Assembly: GCA_965267575.1 (NCBI GenBank) | Contig: OZ254086.1 | Span: forward strand, 1 to 64,000 | DNA: 64,000 bases | Reading direction: 5' to 3' | Origin: Calditrichales bacterium | Lineage (GTDB): Bacteria > Calditrichota > Calditrichia > Calditrichales > J004 | In this document: one piece after another, positions 20,525-31,246 of the stretch | Layout of the letters: the number at the start of each line of letters is the position of its first letter | Numbering within the stretch: position 1 is the first letter of the stretch | Made by a program: the position numbers and the translations under genes | Notes under the pieces: generated by a model | The model's input: only the letters and a program-made list of their open reading frames with translations | The model's database searches: none | Told to the model about the DNA's origin: nothing

Positions 20525-21562
20525 TTATCTTTGAACCCTTCCGGAAAGGTCTCCGCCGGCCACAGCCAACACTTCTTTTTCCGTAACAAGATTCATATCT
20601 CCAGGGATAGTTTGCTTCAAAGCTGAAGCGGCAACGGCAAAATCAAGCGCCTTTTGCTTATTCCACTGATTTACCAGGCCATGTATTAAGCCCGCGCCAA
20701 AAGAATCACCACCACCCACGCGGTCCACTAAATGGATCGGATACTTACGGCTTTGATAATATTCTTTGCCGTCGTATAACATTGCAGACCAGTTGTTATC
20801 AGAAGCGCTGAGACTTTCGCGCAGTGTAATTGCCACAAATTTGGCATCACAGTGCTTGAATAGCTGGCTTGCAACCGACCGGTAATGCTCCGCGAACAAC
20901 TTGCCGCTGGTTACGTCGGTATCTTTAGCCTCAATGCCAAAAACATCAGCCGCGTCTTCTTCATTTGCTATGATGACATCAACGTTTTCAACAACCTTGT
21001 TCATCACTTTGCGGGCTTCGTCCCGTGTCCATAATTTTTTTCGGTAGTTTAGATCGCAGCTTACTAGTAGTCCCTTTTTCCTGGCCTTTGCGGTTGCTTC
21101 AATCGTCGCGTCCGCAGCATTAGGGGCAAGAGCAGGGGTTATTCCGGTTACGTGAAACCAGTCTGCTCCTTCGAAAACCTCATCCCAATTAATTTCGCCG
21201 GGATTTACCTGGGAAATGGCTGAGTTTGCCCGATCATAGGTCACTTTTGATGGTCGAATAGACGCGCCGTGTTCCAGAAAGTATATACCCAGCCGGTCTC
21301 CCCCGCGGATGATATGGCGACAATCGACACCAAATTTTTGCAGGTGGAAAATGGCCGCATCACCAACGGGATTATCGGGAATACATGAGACAAACCGGGC
21401 ATCGTTGCCAAACATAGCCAGAGAAACCGCAACGTTGGCTTCCCCGCCGCCATAGGTCGCCTGAAAGCGATCGGCCTGAGCAATACGCTCATAATTATAT
21501 GGCGCAAGCCTCAGCATTACCTCACCAAATGTAATAATCTTCTTTTTCATCATTAAGTCCAT
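20525..21562 (-). CDS. kdgK: 2-keto-3-deoxygluconate kinase (PfkB family)
   Basis: FGEVMLRL, GGGEANVA, DLNYRKKLW, VDRVGGGDSFGAG; locus context. Confidence 0.92.
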   Translation of the reverse strand: MDLMMKKKIITFGEVMLRLAPYNYERIAQADRFQATYGGGEANVAVSLAMFGNDARFVSCIPDNPVGDAAIFHLQKFGVDCRHIIRGGDRLGIYFLEHGASIRPSKVTYDRANSAISQVNPGEINWDEVFEGADWFHVTGITPALAPNAADATIEATAKARKKGLLVSCDLNYRKKLWTRDEARKVMNKVVENVDVIIANEEDAADVFGIEAKDTDVTSGKLFAEHYRSVASQLFKHCDAKFVAITLRESLSASDNNWSAMLYDGKEYYQSRKYPIHLVDRVGGGDSFGAGLIHGLVNQWNKQKALDFAVAASALKQTIPGDMNLVTEKEVLAVAGGDLSGRVQR

Positions 21563-21571
21563 TGTTATTAA

Positions 21572-22222
21572 TCAGGCTGCATTACGTGCCCGTTCAATTT
21601 CCCCAACAAACTGGCGGGCGCGAAAAGCCAGCCCCTGCCAATCCTCGTTCTCAATTATTTTCCTGTCCAGCAAGGAAGACCCGACACCAAGACAGCAGGC
21701 CCCCGCTCTTACAAATTCCGCTGCATTGGATAGGTCCACTCCTCCGGTCGGCGTAAGCTTAACCTGTGGTAGGGGTCCGTGAATATCTCTGAAATATTTA
21801 GGCCCCAGGACCGTCGCAGGGAAAACCTTTACGACATCAGCGCCGTTCTCCCAGGCGTTCAGGATTTCAGTAGGACTGAATGCGCCGGGGAAAACGGCCA
21901 CATCATAACGATGGGCAGCTCTAATTACTTCTTTATCAAAAACAGGACTAACCACGAACCGGGCGCCAGCCTCCACCACCGAGCGGGTGGTTTCCGCATC
22001 CAAAACCGTTCCGGCTCCTACAAGAAATTCATCTTTATACCTCTGATTCAGATCAGCTATGATTCTCCTGGCGTTCGGTGTCGTCATGGTGATTTCCATG
22101 GCCCCAACGCCACCCTTCAATAGCGCATCTATTATAGAAAAGATATGCTTGTCACTATCAAGCCTTACAACAGCTACAATTCCTGATTCCTCTATCTGAC
22201 TGACAATCTGCTGTCTGCTCAC
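21572..22222 (-). CDS. eda: KDPG aldolase
   Basis: GIVAVVR, EITMTTP, VGAGTVLD, VKVFPA, PTGGV. Confidence 0.95.
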   Translation of the reverse strand: MSRQQIVSQIEESGIVAVVRLDSDKHIFSIIDALLKGGVGAMEITMTTPNARRIIADLNQRYKDEFLVGAGTVLDAETTRSVVEAGARFVVSPVFDKEVIRAAHRYDVAVFPGAFSPTEILNAWENGADVVKVFPATVLGPKYFRDIHGPLPQVKLTPTGGVDLSNAAEFVRAGACCLGVGSSLLDRKIIENEDWQGLAFRARQFVGEIERARNAA

Positions 22223-22241
22223 TTCGTATTCTCACTTTCTT

Positions 22242-22279
22242 AAAAAAGGCATCCGGCAGCGTTAAACCGCCGGATGCCC
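22242..22279 (-). terminator. Rho-independent terminator or stabilising hairpin after the 1420-aa gene
   Basis: GGCATCCGGC/GCCGGATGCC stem followed by T6 on the minus strand. Confidence 0.8.
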
Positions 22280-22285
22280 GAACCA

Positions 22286-25200
22286 CTACTTGACCAATAC
22301 CATTTTCTTAATGGATGTAAATTTGCCGGATTGAAGTTTGTAGAAGTACATACCGCTGGCCATATTCGGATTCTGGAAAATGACCTTGTAATATCCGGGA
22401 TTCATATTCTTATTAATAAGCGTTGCCACTTCCCTTCCCATCACATCATAAATCTTCAGTGTAGTCAACCCGGCTTCTTTCAGATCGAATTCGATTGTGG
22501 TCGACGGGTTGAATGGGTTGGGATAATTTTGTTCCAGCCTGTAGGCTGTTGGGATCAGCTGAGCATCATCCAGGCCATCAACCAGGTCAAAGGTGGCCGT
22601 TACGCTCTTGTGATCGTTCATACGCAGTGTGTCGCTGGTTTCCATACTATTCAGGTCACCGCTCCAGCCGGCGAATTCCCAAACCGTTTCACCCGTATCA
22701 ACGGGAACCGCGGTAAGGTTAACAAGCGTATTTGGTTCAAACGATTTGCCTGTTGGCTGCGGGTCAAGATTTACAACACCGGAACCTTCGATTAGTATTG
22801 TAAGCGTCTTATTGACCGGCTCATTGGTCGCCCAGCGTAAGTCACCTATTGCTTCACCATCGGAGGCAAGTTTATAAAGGTGCGAAGTCCCCAACAAAGT
22901 GTAGTTGCTGTTGGCCCCATCTTCATAGCGCGGGTCTATACCATAGATGGTTGTTTCATCAACGATACCACCCTTAGGAGCCTGGATCTCAACCGGCTTT
23001 ACATTAAAGGTGTCGATATATGCGGCAATGGAACCTTCGCCCTGCACTTCCATCATATCATCATCACGACCGTGTCCGGATTGAACAGAATTAGAGATAA
23101 TGATATCGCGTACGATGGCGCCACCGCTGTTCTTGAGATAGAAAACACGTGTGGCAGAACTATTGATTGTAACGTGTTCTATAATAACAGGAGCATCCGG
23201 TGTACTCGGATCAACATCAGAGTAATAGCGCACGGCCTCAGCGTCGATTTTTTCAAACGTACAGTTTTGAATAATCAGTGAATCCAGCGCCTTGTCCGTA
23301 TCATATTTTTCCGTATCGGAGATGCGGATAGCTTCATAGCCAAAACCACTGAAGGTAGAATTTGTAATGAGTACCGTACCGGCATATATCTCACGGTCAA
23401 AACGCAGCGCGTGTCCGTCCGAAGCAGGATTTTTCTGCTCATAGAAATTGCGGAATATGCAATCGTCTATTGTAATATCAATGCCTACTTTAACTGAATC
23501 TTCATTATCATAATGGCGCAGTCTGATACCGTACTTCATACCCTGGCTCTGTTCATGCCCGCCATCAACGATCACGCCTTTTATAGTGAAATCATCAAAC
23601 ACGCGGAACACGTCCAGGTTGGAAGCTTCCGGATCGCTGTTTGTAATAACCGGACGCTCTGCCAGGCCTTCTTTTGCAACGATCGTGAGAGGTTTCGTAA
23701 CAGCCACATCCGAAGTGTTGCGGGAAGTATAAAGTCCGCCGCTTGTCACCAGGATGAGACTATCGACAGAGCTGTTGTTATTGGCAAATTCAACAGCGTC
23801 CCACAAATCCCATGTCGTATCTATTTCCATACTGTGACCCGGGAACATGATCTCGCTGAAGGAGGCCGTCACAGTTTTATCCGAAGTCATAGTGACACTA
23901 TCCGGGTTTTGCGTACCGGTCAGGTCTCCCGACCATCCGGTAAATTCCCAGCCCAGGTCAGCAACAGCAATCAACTCAACAACTGCACCTGTATCATAGG
24001 TTGCAATTACCGGCTCCGGATTTTGAATAACGCTGCCTTGTCCTTCGGTATTAACAGTAAGTGTAAACTGCGTAAATACGCTCTGGAAAGAGGCGGTTAC
24101 GGTCATATTAGAATCCAAAGCCATCGTCAGCGGATTGTCAGTCGTAGATTCGGCAGGAACATCGCCCAGCCATTCAACAAATTCCCAATCCATTTCAGGA
24201 GTTGCCGTAAGAGTTACTTCCTGTCCCTGGTCATATGTGCCTGTATCCTCGTCGGGCAGTGGGTCAACTTCTACTGAACCGAGGCCAATAACATCAACAT
24301 CAAGGGTAACTTGTGGTGTAAGATTTTGGAATACTGCGGTTATCGTCTCGTCACCGTTCATTGTGATTGTAACCGGGTTTGCGTTCGGCGGGAAAACGTT
24401 GCCTTCCCAGAGATTGAATTCCCAGCCCGGATCAGCGACAGCGGTTAAGGTAACCTGTGTACCGGAATCATAATAGGGGCCTGCCGGTTCTGCCTCTACA
24501 AGGCCAAGGCCTTTTGTTTTAATTGTCAGCAGAAACTTGTTGGGACTTATTTCCCAGCGCAAGTCGCCCATGGCACGACCGTCATCTGCCTGACCACGGA
24601 CAGGCGAACTGTCTGCAAGGCGGTAATCATTATTGGCCGGGTCAAAATAAAGCGGATCTTCGCCCAGCATACCGTCTCCAACGCTGGCGTTGTCATTCGT
24701 GGCAATGGAAGCGGTATTAAACGTGTCGCTGTAGGAAATGGTCGAATTACCAAAAAGCTTAATCGCGTCACCGTGTGTGCCGCCCTGGTTTGTAAATATA
24801 GAATTTTTGATGGTTACATTTGTAACACCATTGGGGTATACCATGCGCTTGTTTTCACGATAACTGATGGAATCAAAAGTACAGTGATTGATTTCCACAA
24901 CAGGATCGCTGAATTCAATGTAGACTGCTTCGCGGCCTGTCTTGGTAAACGTACAGTTTTCCAGCTTTACATACTCAACCTTTGGTCCGCCTGCTGAAGA
25001 ACTCTCGCGCAACAGCAGACCTTCATTATTGGCTTCGTCAAAAATACAGTCAACAAACATCACCGTATCGGGCATTGTATTGGCATAGGCCCTTACCAGA
25101 GCTTCCGTACTGTAGTGCAGAATACAATCTTCCACCTTCAGATTGAAATGGAAAGAATCTGCTTCGACGTTTACATCTTCACCGCGAATAATGTTTTTGG

Positions 25201-26548
25201 CGTGTGCGGCACCGCCGTTTTCGGCACGACCATCCAGATCAAGCCCGACGAGAGTCAGATTGCCGCCTTTGCGGATTTCGAAAATCCGGGCACTGCTGGT
25301 GGAAAGATAGGTATTGCGGATGATAGGCTTTTGGGCTATACCATCACGCGCACGGATGGTAAGCGTTTTGTCAATAACCATTTTGTCGCCATCACTATGC
25401 GTATAGACACCACCGGAGCTGATCAGTTCAATAATATCGCCGTCGGCAGCGGCTTCGATCGCATCAATAAGCGTATTTTCCCCGGCCTTGATTTTGTGAA
25501 TGGTAGCTTCTGTATAGTTGGGATCCCAGCGCAGATCGCCCATGGCAAAGCCATCATCGGCCATGGCCAGTACCGGCGAGCCGGCCTGCAATGTATAATC
25601 ATCGTTGGCGGGATCCGTGTAAAGTGGATCCTGGCCCAGCATTCCAAAGCCGATTGTGGCGTTATCATTTGTAGCAATATCGCCCACATTAAATGTATCC
25701 GAATAGGAGATCGTGGAATTGCCATACAGCTTTACCGCTTCACTGTGCGTACCACCCTGGTTTGTAAAAATGGAGTTCTTGATCTCAACATCCGTAACGC
25801 CATTAGGATAAATTATGCGCTTATTTTCGCGGTAGCTTACGGAATCGAATGTACAGTGATTGATACGCATCACCGGGTCGCTGAATTCAACATAGATTGC
25901 TTCCCGTCCGATCTTCGTGAATGTACAGTTTGTCGCTTCAAAATAATGAATCGTAGGGCCGCCGCCTGAAGAGCTCTCGCGTAGAAGGATGCCTTCCTTT
26001 TCGGATTCGTCAATGATCGTATTTTTAAAGATGATACTGTCACCAATGGTATATGTGTGCGCTTTAAACGGCGCTTCAATTGTGTGGTGCATCCGGCAAT
26101 CTTCCACCTTCAGGAAGAAATGGAAAGAATCAGCTTCCGCAGCCACGTCATGAGACCGGACAATATTCTTGGCATTATTGGCGCCGCCATCTTCAAGACG
26201 ACCATCCAGATCGAGTCCTTGAAGCGTCAGGCTGCCGCCGGCGCGGATTTCAAAAAGACGAACGCTGCTGCTCGAGGTGTTCGTATTCCTGACAATCGGC
26301 ATTTGCTCCAGCCCTTCCTGGGCGCGGATAGTCAGCACCTTGTCGATAACCAGCTTTTCCTCGGCGGAATGGGTGTAAAGACCACCGCTTTCCACCAACT
26401 CGATAATATCTCCGGACACAGCCGCATCGATGGCTGTGGCCAATGAACCGTCTCCGGGCAACACCTGATGGACGGTTTGTGCATTCAACCCGATGGCCGC
26501 TGCCAGCAGGAAAAAGCACGTAAAAACAAATCGGTTAAATTGCGTCAT
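22286..26548 (-). CDS. 1420-aa secreted multidomain protein: three GDLRW-ending beta-helix modules, four InlB-B/bacterial-repeat-like domains, sorting domain
   Basis: Internal duplication of modules 1 and 2; four LTA.(P/A)..(G)WEF..W.G repeats; QNYPNPFNP C-terminus. Confidence 0.8.
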   Translation of the reverse strand: MTQFNRFVFTCFFLLAAAIGLNAQTVHQVLPGDGSLATAIDAAVSGDIIELVESGGLYTHSAEEKLVIDKVLTIRAQEGLEQMPIVRNTNTSSSSVRLFEIRAGGSLTLQGLDLDGRLEDGGANNAKNIVRSHDVAAEADSFHFFLKVEDCRMHHTIEAPFKAHTYTIGDSIIFKNTIIDESEKEGILLRESSSGGGPTIHYFEATNCTFTKIGREAIYVEFSDPVMRINHCTFDSVSYRENKRIIYPNGVTDVEIKNSIFTNQGGTHSEAVKLYGNSTISYSDTFNVGDIATNDNATIGFGMLGQDPLYTDPANDDYTLQAGSPVLAMADDGFAMGDLRWDPNYTEATIHKIKAGENTLIDAIEAAADGDIIELISSGGVYTHSDGDKMVIDKTLTIRARDGIAQKPIIRNTYLSTSSARIFEIRKGGNLTLVGLDLDGRAENGGAAHAKNIIRGEDVNVEADSFHFNLKVEDCILHYSTEALVRAYANTMPDTVMFVDCIFDEANNEGLLLRESSSAGGPKVEYVKLENCTFTKTGREAVYIEFSDPVVEINHCTFDSISYRENKRMVYPNGVTNVTIKNSIFTNQGGTHGDAIKLFGNSTISYSDTFNTASIATNDNASVGDGMLGEDPLYFDPANNDYRLADSSPVRGQADDGRAMGDLRWEISPNKFLLTIKTKGLGLVEAEPAGPYYDSGTQVTLTAVADPGWEFNLWEGNVFPPNANPVTITMNGDETITAVFQNLTPQVTLDVDVIGLGSVEVDPLPDEDTGTYDQGQEVTLTATPEMDWEFVEWLGDVPAESTTDNPLTMALDSNMTVTASFQSVFTQFTLTVNTEGQGSVIQNPEPVIATYDTGAVVELIAVADLGWEFTGWSGDLTGTQNPDSVTMTSDKTVTASFSEIMFPGHSMEIDTTWDLWDAVEFANNNSSVDSLILVTSGGLYTSRNTSDVAVTKPLTIVAKEGLAERPVITNSDPEASNLDVFRVFDDFTIKGVIVDGGHEQSQGMKYGIRLRHYDNEDSVKVGIDITIDDCIFRNFYEQKNPASDGHALRFDREIYAGTVLITNSTFSGFGYEAIRISDTEKYDTDKALDSLIIQNCTFEKIDAEAVRYYSDVDPSTPDAPVIIEHVTINSSATRVFYLKNSGGAIVRDIIISNSVQSGHGRDDDMMEVQGEGSIAAYIDTFNVKPVEIQAPKGGIVDETTIYGIDPRYEDGANSNYTLLGTSHLYKLASDGEAIGDLRWATNEPVNKTLTILIEGSGVVNLDPQPTGKSFEPNTLVNLTAVPVDTGETVWEFAGWSGDLNSMETSDTLRMNDHKSVTATFDLVDGLDDAQLIPTAYRLEQNYPNPFNPSTTIEFDLKEAGLTTLKIYDVMGREVATLINKNMNPGYYKVIFQNPNMASGMYFYKLQSGKFTSIKKMVLVK

Positions 26549-26581
26549 AAAGACCTCCTATCCCCCATGGGAACTTGCGAT

Positions 26582-26911
26582 TTATTTGACAAAGTCTTCG
26601 CGCATCGGCGAAAACGTATCGATTAGTACTCCCTTTTCAAGACAGACAGCTCCGTGCATCGCGTTCTCAGGAACAACAAAGCTGTCTCCGGCTCGCAACA
26701 CTTCTTTTTTGCCGCCCACTTCAACTTCAAAGGCACCGCTTACCACGTATGATACCTGGTGATGCGGATGCTTATGCGGCTCGCCCACGGCACCCTTTTC
26801 AAAATTGACCTTAACCAGCATCAGCTTGTCGCTATAGCCCATTATCTGGCGAGACAAGCCTTCACCAACCGTCTCCAGGGGCACTTGTGATCCTTTTAAA
26901 TGTGTTTGCAT
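26582..26911 (-). CDS. kdgF: KdgF cupin
   Basis: GLSRQIMGY, HKHPHHQVSYV, HGAVCLEKGVLIDTFSPMREDF. Confidence 0.9.
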   Translation of the reverse strand: MQTHLKGSQVPLETVGEGLSRQIMGYSDKLMLVKVNFEKGAVGEPHKHPHHQVSYVVSGAFEVEVGGKKEVLRAGDSFVVPENAMHGAVCLEKGVLIDTFSPMREDFVK

Positions 26912-28206
26912 TACACTTCTCCATTTTTCAATTCAACACGTTCGATTTTGCCGCCAAACAGGTAGACTGAAAGAATACCCAGCGGCACTAACAAAGCACC
27001 CATCATAAAAAACGGCACATAGCTTACAGTCGTAATTATGGGCACAAACCAAGTGGTTATCATCACCCCGATTGCGGCTGTGGTACCGCCCATGCCCGCC
27101 AGCGATCCCACTGCTTTACCGGTAAAGAAATCCGAAGGCAGCGTCTGAATATTGCCGATAGCTGTTTGGAAACCGAACAGGATAAGCGCTATCAGCAGAA
27201 CGGCGATCAGAGGCGTAATGGCGTAAGCCGTCGCCAGCAGCGAGCCTAACATGACTACGCCGCCGAAAGTGATTGTCCACTTGCGAGCCTTGTTAGCTGT
27301 CCAGCCTTTGTTGATAAAGAAACCGGCCAGCCAGCCTCCAAACAAGCTGCCGACAGCGGCCCCGACATAAGGCACCCATGCAAATAAGCCGATCTGTTTG
27401 ATATCAAATCCGAATTTGTCTTTAAGATAGATGGGCAACCAGAAAACGAACATCCACCAGATGGGATCGAGGAAGAATCGTGAGATAAGGACAGAATAAG
27501 ACTCTTTATACTTCAGAAGTTCACCCCAGCCGGGTACCCTTTCCGTGGCGGTTTTTTGCTTATCTTCCGCAGCGGTGGTTATTTTCTGTCCTTCCAGGAT
27601 GTAACTGCGCTCCTCCTCAGTAATCCAGGGGTGCTTTTCAGGCAGTTCTTTGTTGATAACCAGCCATGGTACCAGCCACAACAGGCCAACGACACCAAGA
27701 ACGATAAATGTGACCTGCCAGCCCAGCCAAAGATAAAGCGCGGCAATAAGCGGCGGCGAAATGATTGAACCTATCGATGCGCCGGAATTAAAAATACCCT
27801 GCGCGAAAGCACGTTCCTTAATGGGAAACCACTCCGCATTAGACTTTGTAGCTCCGGGCCAGTTACCTGCTTCCCCAAGACCAAGGAAAAACCTGAAAAT
27901 ACTGAAACTTGCCAGGCCGCGGGCCAAACCGTGCAGGGCCATTGAAATTGACCAGACAACTATTGAGATCACAAATCCCATCCTGGTCCCTACCCAGTCG
28001 TAGAGCTTACCGGATAAGGTCTGGCTAATGGCGTATGCCAGTGTAAACATCATCGCAATAAAGGCATAGTCCTCTTTTCCCAGTCCCAGGTCGCCTTCGA
28101 TTTCCGGCCACATAATGGCCAGCGCGCTGCGGTCCACATAATTAATGACGGTGGCGATAGCAATTAGAATAATCACCCACCAGCGCATTCCCCTAAGTTT
28201 ATTCAT
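26911..28206 (-). CDS. MFS hexuronate transporter (ExuT-like)
   Basis: ATVINYVDRS, GEAGNWPGA, EWFPIKERAFAQGIFNSG. Confidence 0.88.
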   Translation of the reverse strand: MNKLRGMRWWVIILIAIATVINYVDRSALAIMWPEIEGDLGLGKEDYAFIAMMFTLAYAISQTLSGKLYDWVGTRMGFVISIVVWSISMALHGLARGLASFSIFRFFLGLGEAGNWPGATKSNAEWFPIKERAFAQGIFNSGASIGSIISPPLIAALYLWLGWQVTFIVLGVVGLLWLVPWLVINKELPEKHPWITEEERSYILEGQKITTAAEDKQKTATERVPGWGELLKYKESYSVLISRFFLDPIWWMFVFWLPIYLKDKFGFDIKQIGLFAWVPYVGAAVGSLFGGWLAGFFINKGWTANKARKWTITFGGVVMLGSLLATAYAITPLIAVLLIALILFGFQTAIGNIQTLPSDFFTGKAVGSLAGMGGTTAAIGVMITTWFVPIITTVSYVPFFMMGALLVPLGILSVYLFGGKIERVELKNGEV

Positions 28207-28220
28207 TTTTCACTCCCTCG

Positions 28221-30416
28221 TTAACGGGCGTCAAGCCGTACTTCAAAATTGCCGGTCCATTCATAGGCCGTGCCGTCAAAAGTCAGTTTATGTTTTTGGG
28301 TTGGATTGTTTTCTCCATTCGTCACCATTACAAGCCAGAAAATGCCACCTTTTCCTTTAACCTCAACCACGCTGCCTTTTTCATTATGGCCAATTACATT
28401 TACCTGCTCTATTTGACCCCTGGCCCTTAGTGATTTCTCCTGCGCTTCGTTATAGTATCCATGCGGTTCAATTAGAGAAGCGAAAAGATGGCTTTTCCCC
28501 TCCGTACGCAGAAGAAGCATGGGTTCGCTCCGCAGGCTAAAATTGGGATCAGAGGCTCCCGTGCGCCCCATAAAAATACGGGCGTTTGGCTCTGACGTGA
28601 TAAAAGTATAATAGGCGTTTCCATCCAACCAGGTAAGCCGGATATTGCCTTTAACATCACTCTCGGCTTCATTCCAGATGTGCTGGTAACCAAAATCATC
28701 TCCGAGCGGTTTAAGCATGTCTGTATGTGGCTGATATTCAAAGTTGGTTGTAATCATCTGGCCGCGGTAGTGCAGGGGATAATCATAGGTGTGTTTTTCT
28801 GATGACTGCAGCCTGAACAGATCTACGATGACGGGAAAATCAAGGCGTGGGTCATTTACAAGAAACATAGTACGCTGCATATCAATGCCGGGATAATGCT
28901 CATCGGCGCGGGCAGACATGGCTTGTATATTGGGATTGGAGGCATCAAAAAAGTGGCGTTTTCCCCAGACCTTATCTGCTTCACCACGATTGCTCCTGTT
29001 TTGGGTTGTCTGGTCAACAACCACTGTATTATGGGCTATCGTCTGCATAGCATATGATTTATTTTCGGGCAGGTAACGGCCGCCGAATTTGGGTTCAATA
29101 TTAACCCAGCGTGCGTAGCCGTAGTCCGGAACAACTTCCCTGCCCTGATTAAAAAATATAAAATGCAGTTTGTCGAAATGCCCGTGGCCTTCACCGTGTA
29201 CACCATACTTCATCAGCAGCATGCTCTCCTTAGAACCATGCCCGCTGCGCAGAATGCCGAGTCCACCCTGTTTGCCGTCATAACCATCCGTAAATTCCAG
29301 GCTGCCCCATTGTGTGACAGGAGGCTCTTCCTGTTTGGCCATATCTTTAGCAACCAGCAAACCGGCTCGGTTAAGAATAACCTGGTCTTGTATTTTTGCG
29401 ATTCCAAGAAGGTTCTTATCCGAACCGTAACGCATGTATGTAATATCATTGGAAAAAACCACGCCCGGTGCCTGAACGTTCATCGAGCGCGACGCGTCGT
29501 TAATGGGTGGGAAAGTGCCATTGGGAAAGGCAGTTTGTACAGTAGCATAGTGCGCTTTTTTAAGGATACCGTCGCGGTATTCAAAGATTTTCAGTTCAGA
29601 ACGGTTGCGTTCCAGCGCTTCGGCAAACATAAAAAACGGACGCAAGGCATAACGTATATAATAGGGACCTTCCATATAATAGCCATCCGGGCTAAAAAGC
29701 AGATCCAGCTGTTTTAAAAAGCCCCCGCTGCCATCCTTTTTTGTGCCGTACAGAGCTATATCTACAAGATTCTCATCCTTAAGCATCAAACCGAGCATGC
29801 CTATTGAGGCCACGGACCAGGTGCCATGATTATGAATCCGGTCTAACTGGCTGGCATTGTCAACGGTAAACCATTCAGCAATGAGATAAAAGATATTCTT
29901 TTCAAACAGTGCGCGATCTTCTTCAGAAAGCCATTCATAAATGCAATCATAAGCCTGGACAACATAACTCAGCCAGACGGTTTCATTTAACATTTGATGA
30001 AAGAGCTTTCCGGGTGCCTGGTTGTGTGCCAGCGGATGTGGCCCGAGGGTTGGATATAACTCAGCATATGCCAGCAACATATGCCGTACAAAGTGAGCGT
30101 ATTTTTCTTCCCCGGTAATAGCAAATAATACTCCCGCTTGTTGCATATCGCGGTAATTTTGCTTGTGGCGTTCATGTTCATAGCCACCGGCTTCTCCGGG
30201 CTGCGGCACTTCGATTTCTTTTTCAAGAATAGAGTCAACATAATCGCGGCTTTGTTCAAAAGACTTATCAAGCAGCTGGTACTTACCCAGGGCTTGGCTT
30301 ATGGCTTGGGCACCTTCCGTGTTAAGCAATAACCTGGGGTGTTGTTGGCCAACCAGGACACCAAAAAATAATACCAGCAGAAAAACAGTTTTATTTAGTT
30401 TCATTTTTACTTTCAT
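28221..30416 (-). CDS. PL17 oligoalginate lyase
   Basis: HNHGTW, DGYYMEGPYYIRYA, HGHFDKL, NIEPKFGGRYLPEN, QTIAHNTVVVD. Confidence 0.92.
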   Translation of the reverse strand: MKVKMKLNKTVFLLVLFFGVLVGQQHPRLLLNTEGAQAISQALGKYQLLDKSFEQSRDYVDSILEKEIEVPQPGEAGGYEHERHKQNYRDMQQAGVLFAITGEEKYAHFVRHMLLAYAELYPTLGPHPLAHNQAPGKLFHQMLNETVWLSYVVQAYDCIYEWLSEEDRALFEKNIFYLIAEWFTVDNASQLDRIHNHGTWSVASIGMLGLMLKDENLVDIALYGTKKDGSGGFLKQLDLLFSPDGYYMEGPYYIRYALRPFFMFAEALERNRSELKIFEYRDGILKKAHYATVQTAFPNGTFPPINDASRSMNVQAPGVVFSNDITYMRYGSDKNLLGIAKIQDQVILNRAGLLVAKDMAKQEEPPVTQWGSLEFTDGYDGKQGGLGILRSGHGSKESMLLMKYGVHGEGHGHFDKLHFIFFNQGREVVPDYGYARWVNIEPKFGGRYLPENKSYAMQTIAHNTVVVDQTTQNRSNRGEADKVWGKRHFFDASNPNIQAMSARADEHYPGIDMQRTMFLVNDPRLDFPVIVDLFRLQSSEKHTYDYPLHYRGQMITTNFEYQPHTDMLKPLGDDFGYQHIWNEAESDVKGNIRLTWLDGNAYYTFITSEPNARIFMGRTGASDPNFSLRSEPMLLLRTEGKSHLFASLIEPHGYYNEAQEKSLRARGQIEQVNVIGHNEKGSVVEVKGKGGIFWLVMVTNGENNPTQKHKLTFDGTAYEWTGNFEVRLDAR

Positions 30417-30428
30417 TATTAACCAAGC

Positions 30429-31193
30429 CTATGGCATGTACAAGCCGCCGTTAACTTCAATGGATTGGCCGGTGAGGTAATCCGCCAGCGGAGATGCGAG
30501 GAAGAAGACCACATTTGCAATATCCTCCGCCTTTCCTACGCGACCCAGCAAAATCTTGGATGGCATTTGCTCTTGTACTTCTTTGGGAGTAAAGGTATCG
30601 TGGAAAGTAGTACTGCCTATGAAACCGGGGCTTACACAGTTTACCGTAATACCGGATGAAGCGACTTCCTTGGCCAATGACTTAGTGAACGTCCATATAC
30701 CGCCTTTGGAAGCTGCGTATGCGGCTGCGCCACCACCCCCGCCATCATGGGCCGCCTGAGATGAGAGGTTTATTATTTTTCCGCCTTTTTGCCTTTTCAT
30801 ATGCGGCATGACAAGCTTGGCCATTACAAAAGCCGTCTTAAGGTTAACATCCATCACCGTGTTGAAATGTTCTTCATCAAACTCTGCGATAGGCACACGC
30901 TTCACCAAACCGCCGGCGTTGTTAACGAGAATGTGAATACCCTGCCCCCATTTCAGAGCCTCATCTACCAGCTTTTGTGCTTCTTTCTCCTTCGTTACAT
31001 CCGCTACAACCGCCTTGGCAGTGCCGCCGTTATCGCGAATGCCCTGCGCAACTTCTTCAAGCTCATCAGCGCTGCGGTGATTATTAATGATGACGCGGGC
31101 ACCGCTTGCAGCCAGGGTTTCGGCAATTTTTTTTCCTATTCCCTGAATGCTTCCCGTAACGATGGCAGTCTTGTTTTCAAATGAAATATTCAT
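30429..31193 (-). CDS. SDR oxidoreductase, probable DEH reductase (DehR-like)
   Basis: TGSIQGIG, NNAGG, GGGGGAAAYAASKG, TTFHDTFT; directly upstream of the PL17-MFS-kdgF genes. Confidence 0.78.
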   Translation of the reverse strand: MNISFENKTAIVTGSIQGIGKKIAETLAASGARVIINNHRSADELEEVAQGIRDNGGTAKAVVADVTKEKEAQKLVDEALKWGQGIHILVNNAGGLVKRVPIAEFDEEHFNTVMDVNLKTAFVMAKLVMPHMKRQKGGKIINLSSQAAHDGGGGGAAAYAASKGGIWTFTKSLAKEVASSGITVNCVSPGFIGSTTFHDTFTPKEVQEQMPSKILLGRVGKAEDIANVVFFLASPLADYLTGQSIEVNGGLYMP

Positions 31194-31206
31194 ATTCTAT
31201 CCTTTC

Positions 31207-31222
31207 TGTCATATGTCATACA
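31207..31222. promoter_or_regulatory. Variant locus operator upstream of the SDR-PL17 genes
   Basis: TGTCATATGTCATACA, 13/16 match to TGTAAGATGTAATACA. Confidence 0.55.
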
Positions 31223-31246
31223 CATTTTTATGGCAAAAAAATTTAT

